Positions 63,764 through 64,000 of a stretch of DNA of 64,000 bases are shown here, piece after piece (the stretch's first letter is position 1; every line of letters starts with the position of its first letter). Below the pieces are notes generated by a model, which was not told where the DNA came from, made no database searches, and saw only the letters and a list, made by a program, of their open reading frames with translations. The position numbers were made by a program, and so were the translations under genes. This DNA comes from Octopus bimaculoides (Eukaryota), in contig NC_068988.1 of NCBI RefSeq assembly GCF_001194135.2, positions 14,700,226-14,764,225 on the forward strand, written 5' to 3'.

Positions 63764-64000
63764 CATGTAATATATATATGTATGCATGTATGTATATGTG
63801 TGCATATTTGTATATATATATATATATATATAGATATATATATATATTTGTATGAATGTATATGTGTGTGTGTGTGTCTGTATATATATCTATATATATA
63901 TAATGGGCTTCCATACAGTTTCCATCAACCAAATTCACTCACAAGGTATTGGTCAACCGAGGGCTATAGTAGAATGCACTTGCTCAAGGTACTGTGCAAT

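Overview
Eukaryotic, AT-rich, gap- and microsatellite-rich animal DNA. The SINE, LINE and MITE content looks like an octopus/cephalopod genome; this is my inference and no search was run. The one protein-coding gene I can support is an FCHO1/2-family (F-BAR/muniscin) endocytic adaptor on the minus strand. Six coding exons were found by hand, all with GT-AG ends and matching phases: 61013-61048, 45603-45694, 14854-14928, 12168-12309, 8504-8575 and 5323-5403. They total 498 nt (166 codons) and read [166 protein letters not shown]. The gene continues beyond position 1 or into a gap. Nearly all other ORFs in the supplied track are microsatellite, N-gap or transposon artefacts. The introns hold several SINE families, remnants of RTE, CR1-like, RLE-type and Penelope-like retroelements, and hAT, piggyBac-like and Tc1/mariner DNA elements. 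The most interesting signal is a family of short non-coding elements with a shared 3' end. Two copies carry type I hammerhead ribozyme motifs with palindromic stem III (48921-49042 and 52922-52994), both on the FCHO pre-mRNA strand. Two copies form long near-perfect fold-backs (43385-43540 and 52784-53213), one bounded by a 16-bp target-site duplication. A candidate alternative first exon of FCHO (37791-37831) is also notable.
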